Shown here one piece after another: positions 34,624 to 42,688 of a stretch of 64,000 bases of DNA. Under the pieces are notes generated by a model. That model ran no database searches. It was not told where the DNA came from and worked only from the letters and a program-made list of their open reading frames with translations. Made by a program: the position numbers and the translations under genes. The stretch is from Alphaproteobacteria bacterium (lineage in GTDB: Bacteria > Pseudomonadota > Alphaproteobacteria > UBA8366 > GCA-2717185). The DNA lies in assembly GCA_021774385.1 (NCBI GenBank), contig JAJFJC010000261.1:2413-66412 (forward strand), read 5' to 3'. Positions within the stretch are counted from its first letter, which is position 1, and the number at the start of each line of letters is the position of its first letter.

Positions 34624-36887
34624 TATGAAGCATCCGCCGATCGTGGGCCGGCCCTTAAAAGGAATTGCGCGAAGCTGTCCGCGGCCGCATGGTCTTCGAA
34701 CAAACGGTCGCACCGGTCTTGGATTCGTTTTCCCAATTTCGAGCGCCATGCCCGGTTAGTGCCCAATCTCAATGCGATATCAATGTAGGATTCGCTTGTT
34801 GCCGCGATCAATTCTGATATTTCCAAGCGCTCATATAACGCCATTGTCGAGCGCCCGCGCGCGAAGCGGCTTGGAAAGGTAACAATCGGCACGCCCATCG
34901 CGAGCCCTTGATAAGCGGTGTTCCCTCCACTAAACGGCCAGGTATCAAGAAGAACATCCGTCACACATAGAATATTTAAGAAATTAGTTAAACTTTGCCT
35001 TTTTAATATTTGAACTCTCTCAATATTTTCGCCAAATTGTTTTGCCCATCTTTGCTTTAAAAGGTCTGACCAATGAGGTTCCGGCCCCTCGAATACGATG
35101 ATTGACGCCTTAGGGTCCCTCTTGAGGATCTCGGCAAAAGCCGAATCCATATCTGGATGAATTTTAAAGAGGCTTTGAGGACACACATAAAGCGTCGCGT
35201 TTTCCGGCAACCCAAACGCATCACGCAGCTTTAGGGGATACGGCCGCACTGGGCGGTCATAGTCGACCAACACACCGTCCAGCGCGGCAAGCTCTTCGCT
35301 ATAATACGCCGACGCATCTGGTTGCTCCAACGGCGCGCTGCTAATGAAATAGTCAATTGCTGGTATTCCCGTAGTATCGGGATGTCCGTTCGTCACACAT
35401 TGCACCGGCGCCAACCTCGAAAAGGCAAGAAAATAGGTCAACGGCTCCATGCCGATATCCGTGTATACCAGAACATCGAGCTTTTCGCGCGCAAGTCGTT
35501 CCCTTGCTTGAATTAGGCCGTTCGGTAGGATCACGGCATTGTCCACATCTTCCGCAATCGCGCGCCAGACAGGATCGTTATCGTCGAGAAATGTAAAAGC
35601 CGAGACGTGGATTTTCTCGCGCGATAGATGCCGCAAAATTCGGTGATAACACCACCCTACCGCATGATTCCGAAGGTAACGCGAAACAAAACCAACTTTT
35701 ATTTTCCGATTAGTCCGTCGTTCGGGCTTCTTGCAGTGCGGCGCCACAAACTCAAGCGTGGGACATGCCTTGGCATAGAGACGTGCAATTTTGCCGTTCA
35801 AAACACGATTATCTTCATCGTGATAGGACAGATGAAAATTAGTGATACCGACCTCGTTTATGGGGTCGTCGATATGTATTTTCTCCGCCAGCAACGCGTC
35901 GATTGCTGATTCCGTTTTTTCGCGCGCTTCCGCCATGGCGTGGATGGAAGAAGGGATGACAGGCAGAAGCGTCGCTAGCCGTATCCGCACACCCGGGTCT
36001 GGGCGAACCTGCAAAGCGGCACGATAGCTCGATGCAGCATCTTCATAGCGTCCTTGGCGCCGTAAAACATTACCAAGATTCCCGTACGCTTCAGGGGATT
36101 CTGGGTTTAATGTAATTAATCGGCGAAGAGTTGCTTCGGCAACAGCCGTATTCCCATCCGCAAGAAATGCAACAGCCATATTATTTAATGTTTCTTGATT
36201 GTTAGGATCAATATTTAAAGAAACACTATAATGTTCCAAAGCTTCGGAAAGCGCACCGCTTTCCATCCTAACCACGCCCAAATTGTTCCGGACGGTAATA
36301 TCCGAGGGAAAAGCGCTGACGAGTGATTGATATATTTCCGTCGCTCGCTTCAGGTCGCCGCGACGGCGGAAAATTTGCGCCAGACCAAGTTGTGCCGTGC
36401 GGTGCGAGGGCTGAGATTTGAGGGCCGATACATAATGCGCCTTTGCGCCGCTTATGTCGTTACGATCGAAAAGCGAATTACCGAGATTACAATGGGCATC
36501 GAGTAATTCAGGGTCGATCGCCAGCGCCTCTTGAAACACCTTCTCCGCATAGGCGGTATCGCCAATTGCACGGGCGGAAACACCGAGATTATTGAGAAAC
36601 GATGCATTTCGAGGCGCGCATGCGACGGCTTTCTCGAAAAAAACAAAAGCATCATGATGATGGCCCCGGCCGGCCGCGATGACGCCAAGCATATGGAGTG
36701 CATCGGCGTGATGCGGTTCGACTGACAGTATTTCGCGATATTTCACCCAAGCTTCGTCGATACGTCCCGCACGATGATCGCGAACAGCCTCCGCGTATTG
36801 AAATTTCGTTTGATCACGTTCGATCATGCTATTCCCACCAAACAAGGCGCGGTCGAAGCGAATTGCGTAGCTCCCTCTATGCAACAC
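34623..36887 (-). CDS. Bipartite TPR protein with C-terminal GT41-like (O-GlcNAc-transferase/SPY-like) domain; candidate flagellin glycosyltransferase
   Basis: 754 aa with about 9 TPR repeats in the N-terminal half. The C-terminal half has KVGFVSRYLRNHAVGW, VLVYTDIGMEPLTYFLAFSRLAPVQCVTNGHPDTTGIPAIDYFISS and DTWPFSGGNTAYQGLAMGVPIVT, typical of GT41-type domains. Confidence 0.7.
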   Translation of the reverse strand: MLHRGSYAIRFDRALFGGNSMIERDQTKFQYAEAVRDHRAGRIDEAWVKYREILSVEPHHADALHMLGVIAAGRGHHHDAFVFFEKAVACAPRNASFLNNLGVSARAIGDTAYAEKVFQEALAIDPELLDAHCNLGNSLFDRNDISGAKAHYVSALKSQPSHRTAQLGLAQIFRRRGDLKRATEIYQSLVSAFPSDITVRNNLGVVRMESGALSEALEHYSVSLNIDPNNQETLNNMAVAFLADGNTAVAEATLRRLITLNPESPEAYGNLGNVLRRQGRYEDAASSYRAALQVRPDPGVRIRLATLLPVIPSSIHAMAEAREKTESAIDALLAEKIHIDDPINEVGITNFHLSYHDEDNRVLNGKIARLYAKACPTLEFVAPHCKKPERRTNRKIKVGFVSRYLRNHAVGWCYHRILRHLSREKIHVSAFTFLDDNDPVWRAIAEDVDNAVILPNGLIQARERLAREKLDVLVYTDIGMEPLTYFLAFSRLAPVQCVTNGHPDTTGIPAIDYFISSAPLEQPDASAYYSEELAALDGVLVDYDRPVRPYPLKLRDAFGLPENATLYVCPQSLFKIHPDMDSAFAEILKRDPKASIIVFEGPEPHWSDLLKQRWAKQFGENIERVQILKRQSLTNFLNILCVTDVLLDTWPFSGGNTAYQGLAMGVPIVTFPSRFARGRSTMALYERLEISELIAATSESYIDIALRLGTNRAWRSKLGKRIQDRCDRLFEDHAAADSFAQFLLRAGPRSADAS

Positions 36888-36922
36888 CCATGCCCAAATT
36901 AAGAAGGCTCCCGTTACCGCCC

Positions 36923-36935
36923 GGCAATAATTGCC
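36923..36935. promoter_or_regulatory. Perfect dyad GGCAA-TAA-TTGCC in the divergent GT41 / flaG intergenic region
   Basis: GGCAATAATTGCC starts 36 bp upstream of the GT41-like gene start codon (36887). Confidence 0.4.
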
Positions 36936-36952
36936 TCAATTTCGACGTGCTC

Positions 36953-36965
36953 GGCAATTTCTGCC
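36953..36965. promoter_or_regulatory. Dyad GGCAA-TTT-CTGCC (one mismatch), second site of the same cluster
   Basis: The site is CGGCAATTTCTGCCG. Further CGGCAA half-sites have their GGCAA cores at 36984-36988 and 37039-37043. Confidence 0.35.
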
Positions 36966-37119
36966 GAAATCCCGCCTGTAACCGGCAAACATTTCCATCG
37001 TCAAATACCGAAAAGTGCCGCACAATTCCTGATAGATCGGCAAACCGGCTCGTTGCTATTTAAATGGTAGGCTCCGATAGAGAAATTCTAGTCATTTTCA
37101 AAGCAAAATTTCCACCTTG

Positions 37120-37134
37120 TTAACAGTACGTTAA
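37120..37134. promoter_or_regulatory. Perfect TTAA-N7-TTAA (CtrA-box type) site
   Basis: TTAACAGTACGTTAA lies in the 589-bp divergent intergenic region. It is about 110 bp upstream of the flaG sigma-54 promoter and about 235 bp upstream of the GT41-like gene start. Confidence 0.5.
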
Positions 37135-37238
37135 TGTTTCTTTGCACAATATTAACAAGTGTGGTTGTTACGACTTCGTCTTGCCAGAGAGATATTCAAC
37201 ACAGCAAGATTCGAGGAACGAACCGCCACGGCGGAATT

Positions 37239-37253
37239 TGGCACTTAGTTTGC
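37239..37253 (+). promoter_or_regulatory. Sigma-54 promoter (perfect consensus) upstream of flaG
   Basis: TGGCACTTAGTTTGC differs from the flagellin 1 promoter by one base in the spacer. It lies about 225 nt upstream of the flaG ATG. Confidence 0.7.
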
Positions 37254-37476
37254 ATGTCGTTAGTTGGATTTCGAATTCCTGGTCGTCAGGCCACTTCGAA
37301 ATCTAGGAACATAAGATGGTTTGGTTTTCATTTTCTTGCACAGTGGCGACAGAATACGTCGTGCGGGGAAATCGGTGATAAAGGCGAGTTAGAATTTTCG
37401 TCGATTGACACCGGCCCATTGAGACCAAATCAACTGTTCGCGCATTTGACAGAACGCCGATTGCGGGAGATATGAG

Positions 37477-37917
37477 ATGGAATTCGGTTCACTCGGCCTT
37501 GGGTCCCAATCCCAATCCGCGTCAAACCAGACAGGTACGTCCAGTTCGGTACAGACGCCCACTAATGGAACAAACCCAGAAAATACCGTAACACCCGTCG
37601 AAAGCGGAACCGCGTCGTTAAACGATCGGCGGCAGGATCTACTTGGTCAAGACGATCCCCAAGCAAGCCAGGAAAATGGCGAGGCTCCGGACGCCGCAGA
37701 AGACTTACAATTGACCAGCAGGCGCACCACGCTGAACTTCGACAGTGAACAAAATCGCATATTCTTGGAAGTCGTCGATACCTCAACCGAAGAGGTTATC
37801 GAACAGATACCCTCCGATAAGTTTGTTGAGTTCGTCGCCAATGCCCTTGATACCGGCGAAGATTCCAACCTTGAGGAGAATGAAGACAATTCGTCGCAAG
37901 ACGCCCCTCCCGTTTGA
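37477..37917 (+). CDS. flaG: FlaG-family flagellar protein
   Basis: 146 aa. The core LNFDSEQNRIFLEVVDTSTEEVIEQIPSDKFVEF matches the FlaG signature (the pattern vvkVvD..TgEviRqiP). Confidence 0.75.
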   Translation: MEFGSLGLGSQSQSASNQTGTSSSVQTPTNGTNPENTVTPVESGTASLNDRRQDLLGQDDPQASQENGEAPDAAEDLQLTSRRTTLNFDSEQNRIFLEVVDTSTEEVIEQIPSDKFVEFVANALDTGEDSNLEENEDNSSQDAPPV

Positions 37918-38127
37918 TGTGAAATCTGTTTCATCGAATTGAGCATCTCTTCGGCGCGTGTCTCTGGATAGCGCGGCGTAAGTACGTAATTTTTTCCGGT
38001 GTGCCCCTGCCACACTGGAAAAATATGCCGCAATGTGGATGAATAAATTGCCCCGGGATCCGTTCCGAGGACCTGGCGGTTTTTATAAATTACGTATTTT
38101 CAATAACTTAAATCCATTTCGAGCCTT

Positions 38128-38142
38128 TGGCCCGTTGCTTGC
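38128..38142 (+). promoter_or_regulatory. Candidate sigma-54 promoter of fliK-flgD-flgE
   Basis: TGGCCCGTTGCTTGC has GG-N10-GC spacing and a TTGC -12 element. It lies 35 nt upstream of the fliK ATG. Confidence 0.6.
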
Positions 38143-38176
38143 TGTGTTGGTTTCAACGCAATAGCGAGGAAGCACC

Positions 38177-39658
38177 ATGCAGGTATCGAGCGTGGACGTC
38201 CCCCAAACACCGGGCACGGAAAACCAATCGGCAAAGATTTCGGAGCCATCCGGGAGTGTGTTCGCCACGTTGCTTAAAAGCATCGTCGGCCAGAATGGGG
38301 CCCGGTTGCGTCTCGAAGCCGGCACGAGCCTGGGGCAATCGATCGTCCCCGATGCCGTCCGGCCACGCACGGACGAATATGAATCTAAACCGGAACCGTC
38401 GGACGATGCGGTCGAGGCTAGCACAGACCAAACTGACGATATTAGCGACAGCCCAGAAGCATCCGAGCAGCCGGTTCAATCCGATAATTCGAGGGACGCC
38501 GAACAAACATTAGCAATAATCGACGAAACGTTAGAGATCCCTACCGAAACGTTAGACCGCCCCACCACGGACACGGCGACGTTGGCCTTGGCTACGGTTC
38601 CAGCGGCACTAACCACATCAAATGGACAAGGACAAACGGGGCCTGTTCAACAAAATGTCGGTTCAACTCAGGCGGTAGCGCAATCATCCACGCCAGAACA
38701 AACCGCCCCGGTAGCCGCCGCACCTCTGGCCTCGAAAGAAAGTCGGAGCGAAACGCAACGCTTGAGCGCCCAAGTCACCGATACACCTCAAGAACTGATA
38801 TCACGCCCCAGCAACACACTGGCCGCCGTGTCAGCGGTTGCCTCGCAAACCGAAAAACAGCGCGCCGTTGGAAATACCGTCGTAGCCGACCCTGAACGGA
38901 GTACGGAAAGTTCCGGCAACTTACTGTTGAACAGTGCGGCAAAGAAGGTCACGGCAAACGGAAACAACATCCGAGGCAATGCGGCGCAGGCGGCACCCAC
39001 GACGGCCGCGGGGACCGAACCCTCCGCTACCCCCAGCAGTCAATCGCTTTCATTTCCAGCTTCGATGGCGGCGGCGCAACCTTCGGCCGCCGCAACAAAT
39101 CGCACGGCTATGGGCCTTCCCACTCGAAGCCCTGAAATGGCGCCCCTCAATTCCATCAGCGGTGGTTCGACCGCAGGGTCGGCAGCAGCGGGAACCGCTC
39201 GAATTGCCACACCGCCGCCACCTGCGCCGATCCCCCTACGTGTACTGACCGAACAAATCGCGGTGCAGATTCAGAAATCCGTTGGCCAAGGTCTCGATCG
39301 AATAAAAATTCAGCTCAAACCCGCGGAACTCGGTCGCGTCGAAATTAAGCTCGATGTGATGCAGGATGGCCGCGTGGCCGCGTCGGTCATCGTCGACCGG
39401 CCGGAAACACTGGAAATGTTGCAGCGAGACGCACGGGGCCTGCAACAAGCCTTGCAGGACGCCGGCCTGAAATCCGACGGCGCGAATTTAAGCTTTAATC
39501 TCAGCGGCCGTGGTGCCTCAGATGGTCAGCAAAGCGCGGAGGGCAACGGCGGACCGAACGGCAACCAGAACGAAAATGCGGACAGCGAGTTAGCCGCGAT
39601 TGAATCCGAAACACTCCATCGACGCGCCAGCGACAGCATGATCGACGTAGAAGTCTGA
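38177..39658 (+). CDS. fliK: Hook-length control protein FliK
   Basis: 493 aa with a long Pro/Ala/Ser/Thr-rich ruler region. The C-terminal Flg_hook-type domain reads DRIKIQLKPAELGRVEIKLDVMQDGRVAASVIVDRPETLEMLQRDARGLQQALQDAG. Confidence 0.85.
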   Translation: MQVSSVDVPQTPGTENQSAKISEPSGSVFATLLKSIVGQNGARLRLEAGTSLGQSIVPDAVRPRTDEYESKPEPSDDAVEASTDQTDDISDSPEASEQPVQSDNSRDAEQTLAIIDETLEIPTETLDRPTTDTATLALATVPAALTTSNGQGQTGPVQQNVGSTQAVAQSSTPEQTAPVAAAPLASKESRSETQRLSAQVTDTPQELISRPSNTLAAVSAVASQTEKQRAVGNTVVADPERSTESSGNLLLNSAAKKVTANGNNIRGNAAQAAPTTAAGTEPSATPSSQSLSFPASMAAAQPSAAATNRTAMGLPTRSPEMAPLNSISGGSTAGSAAAGTARIATPPPPAPIPLRVLTEQIAVQIQKSVGQGLDRIKIQLKPAELGRVEIKLDVMQDGRVAASVIVDRPETLEMLQRDARGLQQALQDAGLKSDGANLSFNLSGRGASDGQQSAEGNGGPNGNQNENADSELAAIESETLHRRASDSMIDVEV

Positions 39659-39668
39659 GGGCGAACGA

Positions 39669-40358
39669 ATGGAAATCACGCAAACCACCCCGACCCCCGA
39701 AAGCACAACCGGTCAAACGAGTTCACTTGCGGGATTGGCTGAAAATTTTGATAATTTTCTAACCATTCTGACAACGCAACTGCAGCATCAAGATCCTCTA
39801 GACCCCTTGGATTCGAATGAATTTACGAGTCAGTTGGTTCAATTTACGGGTGTCGAGCAACAAGTTCTCCAAAATCAAAACTTGGAGTCCTTAATCGCGT
39901 TGCAAGAGCAAAACCAGGCCGTTGGTGCGGTGGATTACATCGGTAAGACGATCGAAGCCGCTGGCAACACGAACATGCTTGTCGGTGGCGAAGCCATATT
40001 CTCGTACCTGCTCCCTGAATCGGCCGAAGCGGCGGCACTACAAGTATTCGACGCCTCCGGTGGTTTGGTCTTCCAACAAGACGTCAACACGGCCGCCGGC
40101 GTTCACGACATCGCATGGGACGGCACGACGATTCAGGGCGGCATCGCACCCGACGGCGTCTATTCGTTTAAAGTTACCGCCCTTGATGCAGAAGAACAAA
40201 ATATCGATGTCACGCATCGGATCGTCGGCCGCGTGACCGGAATTTCATTTGAAGATGGAAAAACAGTATTGGGCATCGGCGAAGTCGGTGTTCCCTTGGA
40301 TGTCATAACCGGAGTTCAGGACGCGCCAGAAGACGCGGAACAATCCGAACAGGGCTAA
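39669..40358 (+). CDS. flgD: Hook capping / assembly protein FlgD
   Basis: 229 aa. The N-terminal motif is FLTILTTQLQHQDPLDPLDSNEFTSQLVQFTGVEQ. A C-terminal FlgD Ig-like region (DGTTIQGGIAPDGVYSFKVTA) follows. Confidence 0.9.
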   Translation: MEITQTTPTPESTTGQTSSLAGLAENFDNFLTILTTQLQHQDPLDPLDSNEFTSQLVQFTGVEQQVLQNQNLESLIALQEQNQAVGAVDYIGKTIEAAGNTNMLVGGEAIFSYLLPESAEAAALQVFDASGGLVFQQDVNTAAGVHDIAWDGTTIQGGIAPDGVYSFKVTALDAEEQNIDVTHRIVGRVTGISFEDGKTVLGIGEVGVPLDVITGVQDAPEDAEQSEQG

Positions 40359-40410
40359 GGCCCCGCGGTGTGGCGTTTTTAGCCGCACCGTTTGAAAAGG
40401 AGGCGATTTA

Positions 40411-41760
40411 ATGAGTCTTTTCGGCGCAATGCGAGCCGGTGTCAGCGGATTGTTCACGCAAAGTCAGGCGATGGGCATGGTTGCAGACAATATCGCGAAC
40501 GTGAACACGACCGGCTACAAAGGTGTTTCCCCTCGCTTCTCGACCCTGGTGACGGCGCAGGCCTCATCATCGAGTTTCACGCCGGGTGGCGTACAGCTCA
40601 ACACGTTGAATGCAATTGACCAGCAAGGACTGCTTGAATCCTCCGCTTCACCGACGGATCTCGCGGTTTCCGGCTCCGGGTTTTTCGTCGTTTCCGACAA
40701 TGCCACGACAGGGTCGGGACAAACCGCGTTCACGCGCGCGGGCTCGTTCCGCCCCGACGCGAACGGGAATCTTGCCAATACCGCTGGGGAATTTCTCACC
40801 GGTTGGCCGATCGTCAATGGTGCTGTCCAGCAAACCAGCATATTGAATGCATTCTCGACGGTTAATATTTCCAACCTGACATCCGCCCCGGTCGAAACGT
40901 CGACAATGGATATTGGCGCAAACCTGCCATCCACGGCCGCCACAAATGACACATTCGACCTTTCCGTCGAGGCCCTGGACAAGCAAGGTGGCAGTCATGC
41001 CTTGGTTCTAACCTTTACCAAGACCGCGACCGCAAACCAATGGGACGTTAGCGCGACCGCGGCTAACGCCTCTTTCCTGGATATTGATGGCAACGACGAC
41101 GGTGTGGCGGGGGACAATGCCTTAATCGCCGGTGCAACGAGCACACGGTTAGGAACCGTAACCTTTGGCGCGAACGGTACGTTGGCTACGGTCACGTCAT
41201 CGACCGCGGCCGGTGATATTTCAACGATTACCGCCAACAACTTCGTCTTCGATTTGGATTATGACAACGTGATCGGCACCGGAACAGCCGATGACCGGGT
41301 CTCCTTGACTCTCGATGTAGGTACGGTTGGCCTCACCGATGGGTTGACGCAATTCGCGGGTACTTTTATTCCGAATTTTATCAATCAGAACGGTAGGCAA
41401 TTCGGCTCCGTCACCGGAGTGACCGTCGCCGAAAATGGTACGGTTACCGCGCTTTTCGATAACGGTGAAACGCGAGACATTTTTCAAGTTCCCTTGGCGG
41501 TTTTCCCAAACCCCAACGGCCTTATCGCACAAACAGGGAATATATTCGCCGGCGGCAGCAACGCCGGAATCCCCGTGGCCCTAGCGCCAAATTCCGGCGG
41601 TGCCGGGGTCATCGCTTCGAACGCCCTGGAAGCATCAACTGTCGATTTGGCCGACGAGTTTACCCGCATGATCGTGACGCAGCGCGCTTTCTCGGCAAAC
41701 ACGAAGATCATAACGACCGCCGACGAAATGCTCGCAGAACTGACGAATATAATCCGGTAA
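40411..41760 (+). CDS. flgE: Flagellar hook protein FlgE
   Basis: 449 aa. The N-terminus is MSLFGAMRAGVSGLFTQSQAMGMVADNIANVNTTGYK and the C-terminus is STVDLADEFTRMIVTQRAFSANTKIITTADEML. Confidence 0.92.
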   Translation: MSLFGAMRAGVSGLFTQSQAMGMVADNIANVNTTGYKGVSPRFSTLVTAQASSSSFTPGGVQLNTLNAIDQQGLLESSASPTDLAVSGSGFFVVSDNATTGSGQTAFTRAGSFRPDANGNLANTAGEFLTGWPIVNGAVQQTSILNAFSTVNISNLTSAPVETSTMDIGANLPSTAATNDTFDLSVEALDKQGGSHALVLTFTKTATANQWDVSATAANASFLDIDGNDDGVAGDNALIAGATSTRLGTVTFGANGTLATVTSSTAAGDISTITANNFVFDLDYDNVIGTGTADDRVSLTLDVGTVGLTDGLTQFAGTFIPNFINQNGRQFGSVTGVTVAENGTVTALFDNGETRDIFQVPLAVFPNPNGLIAQTGNIFAGGSNAGIPVALAPNSGGAGVIASNALEASTVDLADEFTRMIVTQRAFSANTKIITTADEMLAELTNIIR

Positions 41761-41799
41761 CGGATCAACCTCTCACATTCAATTCTCCCCGACTTAATC

Positions 41800-41828
41800 G
41801 GCCCGGACGCGTTCCGGGCCGTTTTTTT
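41800..41828 (+). terminator. Rho-independent terminator after flgE
   Basis: GGCCCGGA-CGCGT-TCCGGGCC is followed by GTTTTTTT. This is an 8-bp GC stem plus a T-tract, 40 nt after the flgE stop. Confidence 0.85.
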
Positions 41829-42006
41829 GTCATTTTTCGCCAAGGAACTTCAACAAAGTCAATCCGCTAACAAATTCATCCAAACGTAATCAAGCGACTT
41901 TACGATTTATTTAACAATTCAAGGTTTACTCATCGAAGCCAGCAAACATAGCAGGAACGGCATCGAAACAGGTCAATATCGCATTTTCGGCCTTGAGGAT
42001 GAAAAA

Positions 42007-42309
42007 TTGAGTAACACAGATTTATCGGAAGTCTACACGCCACCCGTCCCCATGGTCATCGGCCCGGATGGAAAACCGATTACCTTGGCAGACTTACCAC
42101 CTGTGACCACGAAAAGGTGGGTTGTCCGTCGGAAGGCGATCGTCGTGTTTGCAGTTCGCGCCGGATTGCTCTCGCTTGAAGCAGCTTGCGAGCGCTATAG
42201 CCTTTCAATCGAAGAGTTCACGTCATGGCAGCGCCTGATAGAACGGCATGGCATGCGTGGCTTGCGTACGACTCGGTTACAACAGTATAGGAATTCGCGG
42301 ACCAGATAG
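42007..42309 (+). CDS. sciP: DUF1153 / SciP-like small helix-turn-helix protein (CtrA-associated transcriptional regulator family)
   Basis: 100 aa from a TTG start, with an alternative ATG at 42052. The segment VIGPDGKPITLADLPPVTTKRWVVRRKAIVVFAVRAGLLSLEAACERYSLSIEEFTSWQRLIERHGMRGLRTTRLQQYR closely resembles Caulobacter SciP as I recall it. Confidence 0.75.
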   Translation: MSNTDLSEVYTPPVPMVIGPDGKPITLADLPPVTTKRWVVRRKAIVVFAVRAGLLSLEAACERYSLSIEEFTSWQRLIERHGMRGLRTTRLQQYRNSRTR

Positions 42310-42402
42310 CTCAGCTGACGCGTATTGCCTGCTCAACACTAGTTGATGGCGACTCTTTGGTGATACTTCCTGTATTGCTAAATAAATAATATTACGATCT
42401 TC

Positions 42403-42439
42403 GGCAATTTACATTGAATTTGCGTTCAATGATTGCCGT
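42403..42439. promoter_or_regulatory. Nested inverted repeat (14 paired positions) in the sciP-fliF intergenic region
   Basis: The element is CGGCAAT-tta-CATTGAA-tttgcg-TTCAATG-ATTGCCG. No T-tract follows, so it is not an obvious terminator. Confidence 0.35.
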
Positions 42440-42494
42440 AAAGGCGAAATATTACCTTTACTCCCAATTTTAAACTTCATATTTTTTTACACTG

Positions 42495-42507
42495 GGCAAT
42501 TTTTGCC
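42495..42507. promoter_or_regulatory. Perfect dyad GGCAA-TTT-TTGCC upstream of fliF
   Basis: GGCAATTTTTGCC has its centre about 188 bp upstream of the fliF GTG. It is immediately followed by TTAACTTCACTTTTA, a TTAA-N7-TTTA near-CtrA box. Confidence 0.4.
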
Positions 42508-42688
42508 GCGTTTTAACTTCACTTTTACTAAAATGTCGTGTAACTTGCGTTGGAATGATTCGTGCAACGCAAATAATTTGCCTGCGATTAATAGTGAGCA
42601 AATATGGAACGAACCCTCAGTCGACCAAAGCGATACACGCAGTCAGCAAGCGTCTTATGCCAAAAAGTGGCCAATGAGGTAAATTAAC

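Noticed and set aside
34624-34749. Upstream 42 codons of the track ORF 33586-34749.
   Set aside because: This stretch lies inside the 3' end of the TPR-GT41 gene. The ATG at 34623 overlaps that gene's stop (TAATG), a typical coupled junction, and yields a sensible N-terminus.
37134-37475. 113-aa plus-strand ORF filling the flaG upstream region.
   Set aside because: It spans the consensus sigma-54 promoter, so most of it would lie upstream of the predicted transcription start. Its composition is atypical (Cys/Trp/Arg/His) and it has no family resemblance. I treat the region as promoter plus structured leader.
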